A stretch of DNA of 53,224 nt, the filler included, from Sluysia triapertura (Eukaryota): assembly GCA_046118255.1 (NCBI GenBank). It is 4 parts of 4 records of this genome, joined end to end, with 100 filler letters (N's around TTAATTAATTAA, not from the genome) between each part and the next. Parts side by side here need not be neighbours in the genome. Positions count along the whole stretch, not along the records: positions 40,177 to 53,224 come from JBJNIA010063084.1; 3 more parts are not named here. One strand, given 5' to 3'. The position numbers and the translations under genes were made by a program. A model generated the notes under the pieces. It was not told the origin of the DNA. It ran no database searches and saw nothing but the letters and a program-made list of their open reading frames with translations. This document shows, piece after piece, positions 40,663 to 52,620 of the stretch (position 1 is the first letter of the stretch; each line of letters opens with the position of its first letter).

Positions 40663-41163
40663 TAGTGATAATAATAAAATTAAAAACAACACTTTTATGG
40701 ATACCATGACAACATCAGATACTAGATTACCATTGGACTATTTATTGAAACCCTCGTCAAATTCTCTACCTAAGTGGTTTATTAATAGAACGTTTCTACC
40801 ACCTGTTGACACTAGTGAAGGTCATAATATGTTTTCTGCACCTGGAGAGCATGGAGAATTGATAGGACCCAATAGTAATATTAATCAGAATCAGAATAAT
40901 AATGTTATTACTAAATCACCAGTTGTGGTGCCATCGAGTACTCCTAATAGAAGTGTCAGTACGAATAATAATATTTGCAACAGTAATAGTAATAATAATA
41001 ATAATAATAATTTGGAAGAATTCAATTCTAACATTGTATCAGCACAACAATATGATTGGAAAATTAGAACTCGTGATCAACCAATAGTAGAGCTCGAAGA
41101 TCGTGAATTATGGAAAGAGTTCTACAATAAAACTACCGAAATGGTTATTACGAAGACTGGAAG
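40526..41163 (+). CDS. Tbx2/3: T-box transcription factor, Tbx2/3 (omb) type, first coding exon; true start may be a downstream ATG such as 40697
   Basis: PIVELEDRELWKEFYNKTTEMVITKTGR matches Tbx2/3 PKVELE.KELW..F....TEMVITKSGR; AG/gttcgt donor at the conserved phase-2 GR^RMFP intron position. Confidence 0.9.
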
Positions 41164-42025
41164 GTTCGTTTCATAGTTTATGTTTTAGTTTGTTTTTATA
41201 GAAAATATTTAGAAAACTTTCGAAACTTTTTAAAAACACATTTTATTTTAATAAATTTATTGATTTTTTGTACTATTTTCAAATCTATGAGGACAGATGA
41301 TGAAAATTCATGGTTATTGGTATCTTATGCAGTACCGAATATTAAATTAGAAGCCTAATATGAACTATTGTCATTTTATTAAATATTTATTGAAATTCAA
41401 GCTATACACTTTTCACTGCACACCGTCCTAAATGTGTTAATAAAATATATAAAACGAGTGTTTCCGATAATTTAGGGCCTGATATTCAATGAATTCGTCC
41501 TTTGATACAAGTCCAGTCCAACAAATGGCATGTGAACTAAATAAAGTCATCAAGAGTCCAACCAATAAGATAATCTGAAAATTCATAAATTACACTATTG
41601 CGAATGGTGACTGTAAAAAATCAAAACTGAGGCAAAATGATGTCTCATTTCACTTTGTAATATTTTCATTGGTCGAAATTTGACATAATATCACTATTTA
41701 TAGCAGTTATTAATGTATTTCGCAGAAGTAGATCAGTATAAAATTGAAAAATCATTATTAAAATAGTGTCGAATATTATTTTGTCGTGTCTGAAAAATTT
41801 ATATGATCGTTACAATAATTTTGAGATGTCCAATCAAATTTTAATTATCGTGAGTACTTCTGACTCGTCTCACGTTAGGAAAAAATGGAAATGCATTTCA
41901 AATTTGTAACGTTTTTTTAATCAGCAATAAAAAAACTTGAACCAATTCTGCAATTACTGATTTGTTGAGTACTATTTAGAATAATGATAGTATAATTGAC
42001 TATAATAAAATAAAATTGATAGATG

Positions 42026-42098
42026 GGGCTGATAGTTTAGTGGGTAGGTCGTCGAATTGCGCGGCGAGTGGTCCCGGGTTCGATTCCCAGTCAGTCCA
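42026..42098 (+). pseudogene. tRNA-derived element (tRNA pseudogene or SINE head)
   Basis: Acceptor stem GGGCTGA/TCAGTCC, A-box TAGTTTAGTGG, B-box GGTTCGATTCC; D and anticodon arms irregular; followed by TTTT and (ATT)n; 5' part repeated at ~52684. Confidence 0.75.
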
Positions 42099-42578
42099 TT
42101 TTATGAAGTCTATTATTATTATTATTCAATTTTCCGATACCCTTATCTTATTACATTTAACCTTTAATATACGAATATTATAAAAACTGCAAAGTGTGCT
42201 GGAAGTCGATTTTTTAAACTCAACGCTGCCTACCTAAACCATCTTTTATGAACAATCATACTGTCTATAGGGCGATTTTTTTATTCATAAAAATATTACT
42301 ATAGTGATTCATAAAAAATTTTATAAATGTTAGATACATATATAACATTCGTCTATTTGACCAAGTTCGCTGCCAAGCAACACAAACTTCTACTAACTCG
42401 TAGTTTGTAGCGAACATGTGTTAATAATCATTTTACATGTTTCTTATCTTATATTATGAATGTATAATAAGTTTTCTCTCTATTTTAGTTGACTATTTTA
42501 AGAGTTATTATTTACATTCAAAAACATTACACATCTTATTAATAGTTTATATTAGGACTATTAATAGAAATTATAATC

Positions 42579-42625
42579 TTAACCCTTTGAGGTCCACTGT
42601 CGTGGCAGCCTCGACATAGACGTAA
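42579..42625 (+). mobile_element. piggyBac-like 5' end
   Basis: TTAA-CCCTTTGAGG followed by tgtcgtggcagcctcgaca. Confidence 0.45.
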
Positions 42626-42995
42626 TTAAATTAATAAATAAATAATTTAAATTCGATTTGAGGGTGTTTTTTTGAGTAATCCTTTCACCACCGTTCGTAT
42701 TTCTGCAAGTTTCTCAGGCTTAAGCAGATCATGTTATATATTGTTTTAAATGATTAAATAAGGACAATACTTTGCATAATCGTTTCTGCTTTTAAAGTGT
42801 GTGCACAAAGTTATTTCAATAATATGCCACCATTTTGTGAGAATGATATTTGAATCAAATAAAATAAGTGAAAATATTATAAAGTCTAAAGTTATTATTA
42901 CCTTTGTTAGAAGATGGCAGATTGCTTTAGAACATTCCACACTAGATTACACTTTGATAGAGAATACTAAATTTACCAATTTTCACGTTTTATAC

Positions 42996-43060
42996 TGTAG
43001 GGAATTCATCACACAAAATTCATCGCATTTCATCACAAAAAAAACACTTCACATGTACAC
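42996..43060 (+). repeat. TGTAGGGAA-initiated repeat (truncated copy 3)
   Basis: Near-identical to the reverse complement of 5730-5792. Confidence 0.75.
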
Positions 43061-43337
43061 AGATGCAGGAGATGAAGATCATTATGATAGGAAATGATAA
43101 CAAGCATTCAAAAACGCTTAATACGAATTTTAAGCAACAGATCACATTATGGAGTATACTATATTCTGAAAGTGTATTACTATTGGATAAAGAAGACTAT
43201 CTGTGTTAATGAAAACTCGCAATGATACATATAATGTATTTTTACAATCTTGTATATATTTCATACCAAGTTTTTAAATTTAATAATTAATAATATATTG
43301 ATTTTTTTAAAATGCTGATCATGGTTATGGAATAAAT

Positions 43338-44047
43338 ATGCATTCTGAAGAAGGACAGATTCATTGGACTCGGGTTTTTGCTGAAGTTTTAATTACTGGT
43401 TTTATTTCTACTGGAGCCAGTGTTATATTTAATCATTTACTTATATCTAATGCTGCTCGTGAAGTTTTAATTGTAATTGTGTTAAATAATCATTTGGAAA
43501 TTTCTCAAGCTTCTTATAAATTGGTTGATTCACTGAAAGTAAATATAAAAAATGAGACTACCAAGATGAGAGGATTCAAAAGATGCATTTATTGTTCAGA
43601 TTACCTTAATGTTATTACTCATTTTTATTTTCTTCCTGATGGTCAAAATTCTTTAGTAAGAAGCATATCAACACGTGAATCAACTAAGTCTACTTTGAGA
43701 TCATCAGGAAGTGTTAATTATATTCATAGTAAAAAGAATGATGTTCCAGTACGCGTACTAAAAAATTCTGATTATAATTTTTCAGTAATGCTACTAAAAA
43801 ATCGGCTGCTTACATCAAATTTTTACGAATCGAATTATCAATTTTATTATACTTGTTTATAGAAAGTAGTCGACATTATGTTGCAAGATTTATGGTACAA
43901 TCGACAACCATACGTGAAACAGTACCACATCATCGTTCATCGAAATTATTGAAAATTCTCGAAGACATTCTAGAGGTTATACAAAAAATATGGTTTATTT
44001 ATTATCGTTTAATATTTACTTGTTTCTTTTGTTCTTGTTTTTTTTAA
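43338..44047 (+). pseudogene. Orphan ORF (174 aa plus frameshifted continuation), function unknown
   Basis: Long intronless ORF with a hydrophobic N-terminal segment; overlapping continuation in another frame at 43853. Confidence 0.4.
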
Positions 44048-44279
44048 ATAATAAAACAACAAATATTGTTAATGTTTTAAATTCTTTAGTTGTTTCAGGC
44101 CTTAAGCCTATTTTGTTAAAGATATTTAAATGTTTTTGTTCAATTAATATAATAAATAATTTAGGTAAACAATTAAAATTAAATTAAAATAATGTTAACT
44201 TTCATAAATCAAAATATTTTTCGCCCTTCACACATACGCTTTATTATCTAATAAGTTTTTTAACCTTAAGAAAAATAAG

Positions 44280-44960
44280 TTTAGCTGATAGATTAGAGCA
44301 ACCTGACACATTGATGAAAATTAATATATTATTAGCAGAATTTGTAAACGTATATATGGAATTACCTGTTACCATAGTAGTAAAAGATGTAATAAATATG
44401 CTTGTACTAAATGATACATCTATAAAGGATGCGAAATTACATTTCTTTAACAGATATCGAGAATATTTAATAGATCACAGTTACCCGCTGGGTGATCATG
44501 ATAAAATGATAAAAGCAGAAATATGATAATATTGAAACAAATAAAAACGATAATGTATCTCTACGTCCGATACTAAGACAATTAATGGAGGATGATGATA
44601 AATATATAGTCGATATCGATGCCGAAGCAGAAAGAGATGAGCCACTGGATTATATAACGAACTTTAACAAAAACCCATATATAGAAACCGTTGACAAGGA
44701 AACAAATACAATAAAAAGAAGACCTAGGCGTCCACGAAAAGACGAAAATGATATAATAACTCCACCTATCTTTAAAGACACGTCCATTTCTACGTCCATT
44801 ACAATCAATTCGTCAATGTGCTCCATATTTCATCAATTCTTCAATTCACCTTCCAAGTTATCGTGTAAATCCCGCATATTCGATTAGAGGGATAGCGATT
44901 TTCAAGCATCAACGACACAACCGATCAAATCCACTTCGAAAAATATTTCTAGAAGGTGAT
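44280..44960 (+). pseudogene. Decayed ORF with acidic tract and AT-hook-like KRRPRRPRK; probably TE-derived
   Basis: Consecutive ORFs 44311..44526 and 44585..44887 with coding-like sequence between them. Confidence 0.4.
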
Positions 44961-45829
44961 CCACGATTTTTATTAATTAAATTAGTAAGTTCGTTGTATA
45001 TAGAGTGAATACTCATTCGTTGAGTTAAAATCTAAACGTAAACTACTGCTTTTCACGGTTGGTCATTAAGACCAATCACAAAATCAAGTTAAAATATAAA
45101 ATCTCTGATCTTTAGTAGGCCCTTAAGGTCAATTACAAAATCGATATTATAGGCTAGACCTTTATTATAGTTTAATTATTATTATTATTATAAATTTATC
45201 ATTTATAAAATTTCTGCATTAATAAGTGTTTTAGAATTTTTTTGTAAATTATTAATATTTTTGTTTTTTAGTTTTCCTCCATTAAATAATAAAGCTTAAA
45301 TTATTTATCAATTTGTGCTATAAATTTATCTTATTTTGGTATACTAAGGATGATCTTTCGAATTGAAGTAACTGTCACAAAGTGCACACTAGTTGTGATA
45401 TAAGTTCGCCGATTTTTTAGAACCTCTAACGATTAGTATAATTAGATTTTTTCAAAAGAGTAGAGAATAAGAGAATAATACAATATTGTACGAATATTAT
45501 TCATGATTTTTACATTAACTTAATTATTACATAAGCCAGGATTGGTCTTGATTATTTTTTAAGTTATTTAGTATCAGTTGACATAAACGACGATTTTGCT
45601 TACTATTGTTTAAGTTAAAGGAAAGAGTATTCTTATACAATTAATCTTAATAATTGCATTCACGTAATTTCACGTAATTAATAAGTCGTACACTCAGAAT
45701 AATAATTTATTTTGCTGTAAGTTAAGCTCTTTTATTAAGAAAAAGCCCAGCAAATAGTGTTATATTACTACTCCAAATAATTCAAAGTTTTACTGAAAAT
45801 TAATAAATGTTCGATTTCAAAATTATTAA

Positions 45830-46165
45830 GTGGTTAAAGGAACATTAACAATTTTTTTCAAAAAAGAAGTTATCGAGTTTATGTTGAAAGCAAAACGTTT
45901 TTTTGAAGCCAAAAATGGAGAAATATACGATCAATCGATGTTTCAGCAGCGGTTTAGGAACAGCAACAGACTTGCCGAACAAACCAGCCTGAAAGTTACT
46001 GGAAGATATATTCATAACAGTACAATTGTCTTAGGAAAAGAATTAAAAATTGAGTTAAAAGCAACTGGAAACTGTATCACTGGATTCAGTCTTAGGCGCA
46101 CCACTAATTTGACCACATTATCAAACACGGAGTTGATTGTACGTGATGTCAGATACATGAAATAA
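45830..46165 (+). mobile_element. pogo-like (Brinker/CENP-B HTH) transposase N-terminal remnant
   Basis: TIFFKKEVIEF...AKRFF...DQSM..R resembles the T.EFK..VI.....A.R.F HTH of pogo-family transposases. Confidence 0.35.
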
Positions 46166-47470
46166 TGAAAACTAAAAATATGAAAATAGTTTCAGTGATA
46201 ATATTTTCGCGTTAAAATAGTTAACAATAGTAGAGATAGATCTTAAAATTCTTCTGATAAGTTTTATACATTTCTAATGAAATTAAATCGACTAAATTCC
46301 TGATTGATTCATTTAGTATTGCAATAGTAAATCCAATAGTAAATTCAACATTATCATAATTTGAAATTCGTTTAATATCTGGTCCTGATACACTGATCAA
46401 ACTAATAATAATGATTCAATAACTGTATAATGAAATAGTCTATAAAAATTAGCTTTACAAATTTTACTGCAATGAAATAATAAGATAGTTTATTGGCTGA
46501 ACAATTAAACAAGTACTTAGGACTGATAATCGAGATATTCGAAAACAATTAAAAACATTCACAAAATATATAAGACATTTGAAGATATTTCAAGAAACAT
46601 TTGACAATCGAGTCATTTATTAATGGAGTCTACACTAGATAACCAATAAAAATTTATTATTATTATTGTTACTTATAAAGCTTCTCATTGTCAAATAAAT
46701 CTTAGTTACAGGGAATGCAAAGGAATTCAGGTCATGAATTTATATTTACTGTGCCGTAATCTTGTGTAATAAGATGAAAAATATTGAATATCCAAAGATA
46801 TTTTAAATCACTTCTATCTCTTAAATGAGACGAGGACTTAACAATGACCTTCAAAATGGACTTCAACGTAACGAATAACGTAATTTTAAGTCAGCATAAA
46901 CAATCATAGACAAATATGAAAAATAAGTTAATAATAATAATGTTACTTATTATGGTAACTTACATTAACGTAATTCTTATGTATATTCGATTGGGTAATA
47001 ACAAAGCACTAAAGTTTGAAACGTGAACTAGAATATATCTATCAACTTTTGTGGTGACTCTATGTTTTTAATTTGTTATTAAAATTCAATCATAACTTTG
47101 TCTATTTCATGATTATTAATGAAATTTTAATAATGTTAATTTATTTAAATAATCTGGTAACAAACAAGCAATTCAAGGTTATAAAATTATAGATTATAAC
47201 ATTGATAAAATTGTGCACAATATTACCTATGACAATACTAAAGCGTGTTGAAAGGTGCACTACAAACTATATTCCAAATTATGATATAATGTTGCTAATA
47301 TAATTTTAAAATAAGTATCGTAAATAATAGCAAGATAATAATAAATTAGTAATCATTCTAAATTTAATATTAGTAATTCAACGATCGTGTCAGAACAGTG
47401 ACAAGTTATAATAAATAAGAATATAATAGAACATTGTAATCATGTTATATAAAGACAAAATTCAAATACT

Positions 47471-47977
47471 TCATTCTTGGGTTAGCGCATAAATTCGGGC
47501 GGTTTGATTCGTTTGATCCTCATTTAATGGATCAACTTTATGGATAAAAACTTCTATTTTGACATTTTTATTAACTTCATAATAAATGTGAGTGACTGTC
47601 AAACTCAATCAACTTAATACATCGATATCGACAATAACTGCTTTAGATGCTTTAAATAAATCTTTATTATATATCATTGTATTAGTCACATCAAATTGGC
47701 CAGGAAAATCCCAAAAGTGGAACTTGACAAACGAGCAGTCTGATACATTATTTTTCTCTATTTTATTCATATTTTCCAGAAATAAGGTTTCATTTGAAGA
47801 CATTTTATGAAATACAACCTTTTGAATTGAAGACTTGTAACTTCTTCTTAGTTCCATTGATAAGATTCTGAGCTCATTACTATACTGAATTTCACTTTCA
47901 AAATTAGTTTAATATGGAATTAAAAAGTTATATCTAATATTACCAACAACAACATCTGATAAATTAAGATAATTCAT
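47471..47977 (-). pseudogene. RRAGC: RagC/RagD (Gtr2) small GTPase pseudogene, intronless N-terminal half
   Basis: [32 protein letters not shown]...SFVKFHFWDFPGQ...IEVFIHKVD vs RagC [32 protein letters not shown]...WDFPGQ...FEVFIHKVD; ATG at 47977, stop at codon 23, a later stop and frameshift. Confidence 0.92.
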
Positions 47978-48099
47978 GCTTTTTTAATCGTTAGTTTGTT
48001 TTTTTGCACTTGGTTGTTGTATCGTAACACCGAAATTTTTAATTGTAATTTAACTTGGAACTTTTGTATTTTTTGCTGGTAAATCCTTTACACACAGCA

Positions 48100-48660
48100 A
48101 TTGGCTGTCCAATCAAAAGAATAAAATAAAGCAATATTAGTAGTCTTGATTGGACAGCACATATTTGTGCATGAAATAAGTTAATAAAGTAACATTAATT
48201 GATTAAATGTCTGTCTACTAATGACAGATTGAGTTATATTATGTAATGGCTTAGGTAGACACACTACCATTATCAATAGTAATGATAACTGCATGTATGA
48301 ATTGATGATGTCACAATTGATAGTGGTAGTCATAATGTTAATAATTTGATAGACAAAATAATGAAAAATAAAAATGGTGATAGTAATAATAATAATAATG
48401 TTATTATTATCACTATTAAAAATGCATAAATCTTCCGAATTATAGAAGATCTTTATTAACAAAAAGAAACTTCTCGACATAGTTAATTTTTCTTTTCTTA
48501 TTATAAATATCTTAAGAACTGAGTGTTTTAGATAAATTCTGAAAGGTTTGTTTGATAGTTGTTACTTTGAATTGTAATTTTGATGTTAAAATGTGAGTTA
48601 AAATATTTCGAGGGAATTTTATGTACTTTATTAGTTTTGAATAAAAGGTTAGCCACCACA
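48100..48660. repeat. Hairpin/CCAAT terminal module, copy C
   Basis: Inverted repeats 48104-48116/48146-48158 (13/13) and 48263-48277/48316-48330 (14/15); terminus aggttagccaccaca. Confidence 0.65.
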
Positions 48661-49479
48661 TTTATAATAAATTTTTCTAGTTCCAGATGTGTAGTTTCTT
48701 ATTGGATGACTGGAATATTTCTTAAACCAATAAAACTGTGCATACAACTTAAATTAAAATTTCGTTTGAGTTTAGTTAATAATTGATTCGTTTTAGATAA
48801 ATTAAATTGGATGATTTTAAGGAAATCAACTACGAACTAATTTTAAGTTAACATTTGTATTTTTTAAATTAACGTTCATAAAGTTTTAGTAAATGTCAAG
48901 TGATTAAAATTGTGTTTTCATCAACAATTAAACTTTTATCAAATCCCTAAATATACTACAAAAAGTCCACAGTAATTTAGAGTTGTAATCCAATATTTTT
49001 ATTTCATAGTAATGTTTATTTTATTTGTTTTTTCTTTTAAACTATCGAAAATTTCATAAATTTTGATTTAGATATTGTACTTACGTAAGCTTAGCAAAAG
49101 TTCAGCAATAGTAATTTCAAATATTTCAATAGATGAAATAAAATTTATTATGTTTATTCATTTCGTAATAATTGTTATTATATTGATTGTGAATTATTTT
49201 TACAGTGTATTGTTATTGGAGAAAACACTTATTTAATTATTGTTTTCAATCAATTTTATAATAAAATTGATTAGTTTCGTAATTTCACTCTAGAGTTAAG
49301 TTCTCTCTTTGGTCAATTTTATTTCATACTTTAAATCTTTGCATACAATGGTAATCTATGAATTCTTGTGATTTTATTGTCAACTATAAATAATATAGAC
49401 ACGGTTTAATTAATTTAATAAATAATACAAATACATAATGTTGACAGATTAAATAGTAATTAATATATAATAATGTTAT

Positions 49480-49840
49480 AAGTGAAAAAATTGCAATTAA
49501 TAATTAATCAAGATGCAAGACCAATTCTCCAAGTGGGTAGATCACTCTTGTAACATCTTATCTTAAGGAATTCAAAATCATGACAATTTACAAATGCTTA
49601 CATTACGGAAGTCCTAAATATCTTTTAGAAATAATAAAAAATTTGGAAATCAAGGTGAATATTTCATTGAGATACAGTAATAATCTATACAGAATACACT
49701 GTGATAATAATTTAGGTGATAGGTTGTACTGGAAGATTATGAAATATTATTTTCTGTTTCAGAAATATTATAGTGAATGATTTATTTTAAGCGCTTTTGA
49801 GTGCTTACTATGTAGTTCATATGAGCGCAATATAAATTAA

Positions 49841-49893
<53 letters not shown>
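49480..49893 (+). mobile_element. L2/CR1-type LINE 3' fragment (copy 3) with (ATT)n tail
   Basis: YLKEFKIMTIYKCLHYGSPKYLLEII; collinear with 8450-8940 with internal deletions. Confidence 0.85.
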
Positions 49894-50524
49894 GTAAAGA
49901 TATAACAAATAACTGAATAATGGCCATTGTATAATAATTACTAATAAAAGTAAACAAACATATAAACAAACATAAAATCCTCGAATATCGTATGCCTCCA
50001 TAATTATTATACAAGTAGGTTATATTTGGTCTAATATCTTCCAAATAAAACGACACTAAGATGTTAAACTTAGAAGTATACATATCCGTTAAATTAAATA
50101 TCAACAAATTTTTACAATCACAAATTTGTGAAACATTGAACATCATTATCATGCTTCCTAAACTATAATAATGTACATATGTTTTAGTATCAAATGTATA
50201 CGTTTGAACGGCATAAAATCCTCTACGTGAAAATCTGTTTTCTATAGAAGTATCGTAAAAGAGAGGCGATAAATTAAATGCATTTTTACTATAGATATTT
50301 GTATAAACATTATATTGCGATTTCCAATTATCATGTGGTTTTAAACGTGTAAAACACCATGCCAAAGTTGTATGTTCACCATATCTTTCATAAAACGGAT
50401 CAAGTGAACTAATATACATAGTATGCATTGCTAAATTTTCTGTTTTTTCTGGATATGCTGGATTATTTGTTAATATTGTATTATAGAACCATTTATATAT
50501 ATAGAACATCATATATAAAATCAT
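49817..50524 (-). CDS. Orphan single-exon membrane glycoprotein-like ORF (235 aa)
   Basis: Uninterrupted 708-nt ORF in very AT-rich DNA; NLS/NVS/NLT/NIT sequons; hydrophobic C-terminus; no family recognised. Confidence 0.55.
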
Positions 50525-50823
50525 TAATTGATTATTTTTTTAAATATTTCATAACTTTTATATAAATTAAAAATACGTTATGCATATACATTATGTGCAA
50601 AAGAATGATCTAGAATTATCAAATTTGCTTAAATAATTTGTTTGTCCATAAAATGAAAATATCTGTAAAACATTTCTCCTTAAATTAATAATACATAAAA
50701 GTATTTTTACAAGAACTTGTACAAACTTCATTTCAAGCTGTTTTATAGATATTTTGATACTAATTTAGAGTTCCGATGTCATCTAGGGAAGATTCGCTGA
50801 CGGAGGTATTAGTACATGTACCT

Positions 50824-51389
50824 TTATTTTTTGGTAAGTAACGTGCTTTCAATAGATGAGCTTATATTAGCAAATGTAGAGCGAGATATTATGTTATTGC
50901 TGTCATAGTTAGTGATAGTGACAACTGCATTTCCAGTATTTTGTGATAACAATAAACAATTTGTATAAGTAATTCGTGATAAAATAGCTGCAATTTCCAG
51001 ATGACCTTGTTCTATGGCCAATTGTAAAGGTGATTTAACATAACCAGTAGCGAGTATTTTGGCGGGATATTCGAAATTATAATTATGTTCAAGAAACAAA
51101 CGAACTAATTCGAGTCGATTATAAACTGCATCACGAACAAAAGATTCACCAAAATTACTGAAGTTATATTCTATGTACCATTTTCAGCGATTAGTAATGC
51201 TTGTATTAAATTCACATAATTCTTACGGACGGCTATATGTAAAGCAGTATCACCAGTGCGGTAGTCTCGTTTATACAAGTCACATTTGTGTTTGATGAGA
51301 ATATTTACTACTGCTTGCTGGCTATATGATACGGCTTCCATTAAAGGAGTAAGCCCCCACTGATTTTGTGCATCGATACGTGCATCACT
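50824..51389 (-). CDS. Ankyrin-repeat protein exon with a frameshift at ~51181-51184 (pseudogene or assembly error)
   Basis: ctag acceptor; IDAQNQWGLTPLMEAV...GDTALHIAVRKN...[shift]...GESFVRDAVYNRLELVRLFL...SPLQLAIEQGHLEIAAIL. Confidence 0.85.
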
Positions 51390-52199
51390 CTAGGTTTAAC
51401 ATATTTTTCAATTAATTATTTATTACGAAATCAAAAATAATATTTAATTAATGTGGTATTAAACCCAAATTTCTGATGTCTTTGAAAATAAAAATTTTAA
51501 ATAAAATATTAATATATTCACGAACATTTACATTATACCTCAAAACTATCAAAAAATATTAAAATATTGAGAAAATATTTTTTAAAATCAAAAATACCCA
51601 GCGACACTTTTAAATAACAAGGTGGAAGTCAGAAACTAATAAACGAATATGGAGAAGGCAAGAATCCATTAGCATTCAGAAAATATTACACAAACACAAA
51701 TGCCAATAAAACATGGAAAATATACTAAATATGATAATAGCAGACAAGAACAAATACTATGCATCAAGGAGGATATAATTAAATAAATACATGGTTGATT
51801 ATAATACAATAACATAATATTTTTACAAGAAAATATATTCACAATAATTTATATTTATAAAGTTCATAAGTTATTAATTTTACAAAATTTTAAAATGATT
51901 AAGCATGAAGGTTTTATAAATTTATGTATCATTCATAAATTATTTTGTTATTCTTTTAAATCAATATGTAATATTTTGTAAACATAATACTCATTTTTAC
52001 TATTAACATTTTACAAATAATGCTCATTTAAAATAAACTTAATTTTAATAAAATAATGGTAAAATAATTGTTAAAATAATAATGCTCAAAAAAATTACCA
52101 AGATTACAATGCTTTAGTATTAATTTAAAAGGAGATTACATGCAGTTAATATAAATTCAAAATTTAATAACAAATAACAATCAAATTTAAATTATATTT

Positions 52200-52620
52200 G
52201 TATAAATAATCACTTTAAAGTGAGATTAAATAAAGACACTATAAAATTAAAAGTTGTAAATATTAAACTTTATTATTATAGTTAAGAAATTATCATAAAG
52301 TAAGAATTAATAATAACAATATGCAATCAAACTTTAAGAGCATAAACCTGATCAAAATTATCTTTAAAATGATACACAATATAAATTATACTAAATTTAG
52401 CTTGAATAGAATTATTTTGCAATTAAAAATAAATAACATTATTCTCGAAAATGAACTTAAATTAAAGATTTGAGAGAATAGACAAAACTATACGTAATCA
52501 CAATTTAAAAGCATATTAATCGAATATGAAATTAAACAGTAATGTGAAAGTAAAACTTAATAGCACAAATTTGGATAATAAATAAGATAAAATCATATTA
52601 AATTAAGATTAAATAGAACT
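52200..52620 (+). repeat. Degenerate minisatellite-like repeat related to 3335-3690
   Basis: aaatcatattaaattaagattaaata at ~52590 vs aaatcatgttaaattaagattaaata at ~3594. Confidence 0.5.

Noticed and set aside
28120-47977. S6K and RagC (both mTORC1 pathway) in one window as a functional cluster
   Set aside because: Different contigs, RagC is a dead fragment, and chance is sufficient
51160-51180. 21-nt GT-AG mini-intron in the ankyrin gene
   Set aside because: Removing it keeps the wrong frame and leads to a stop
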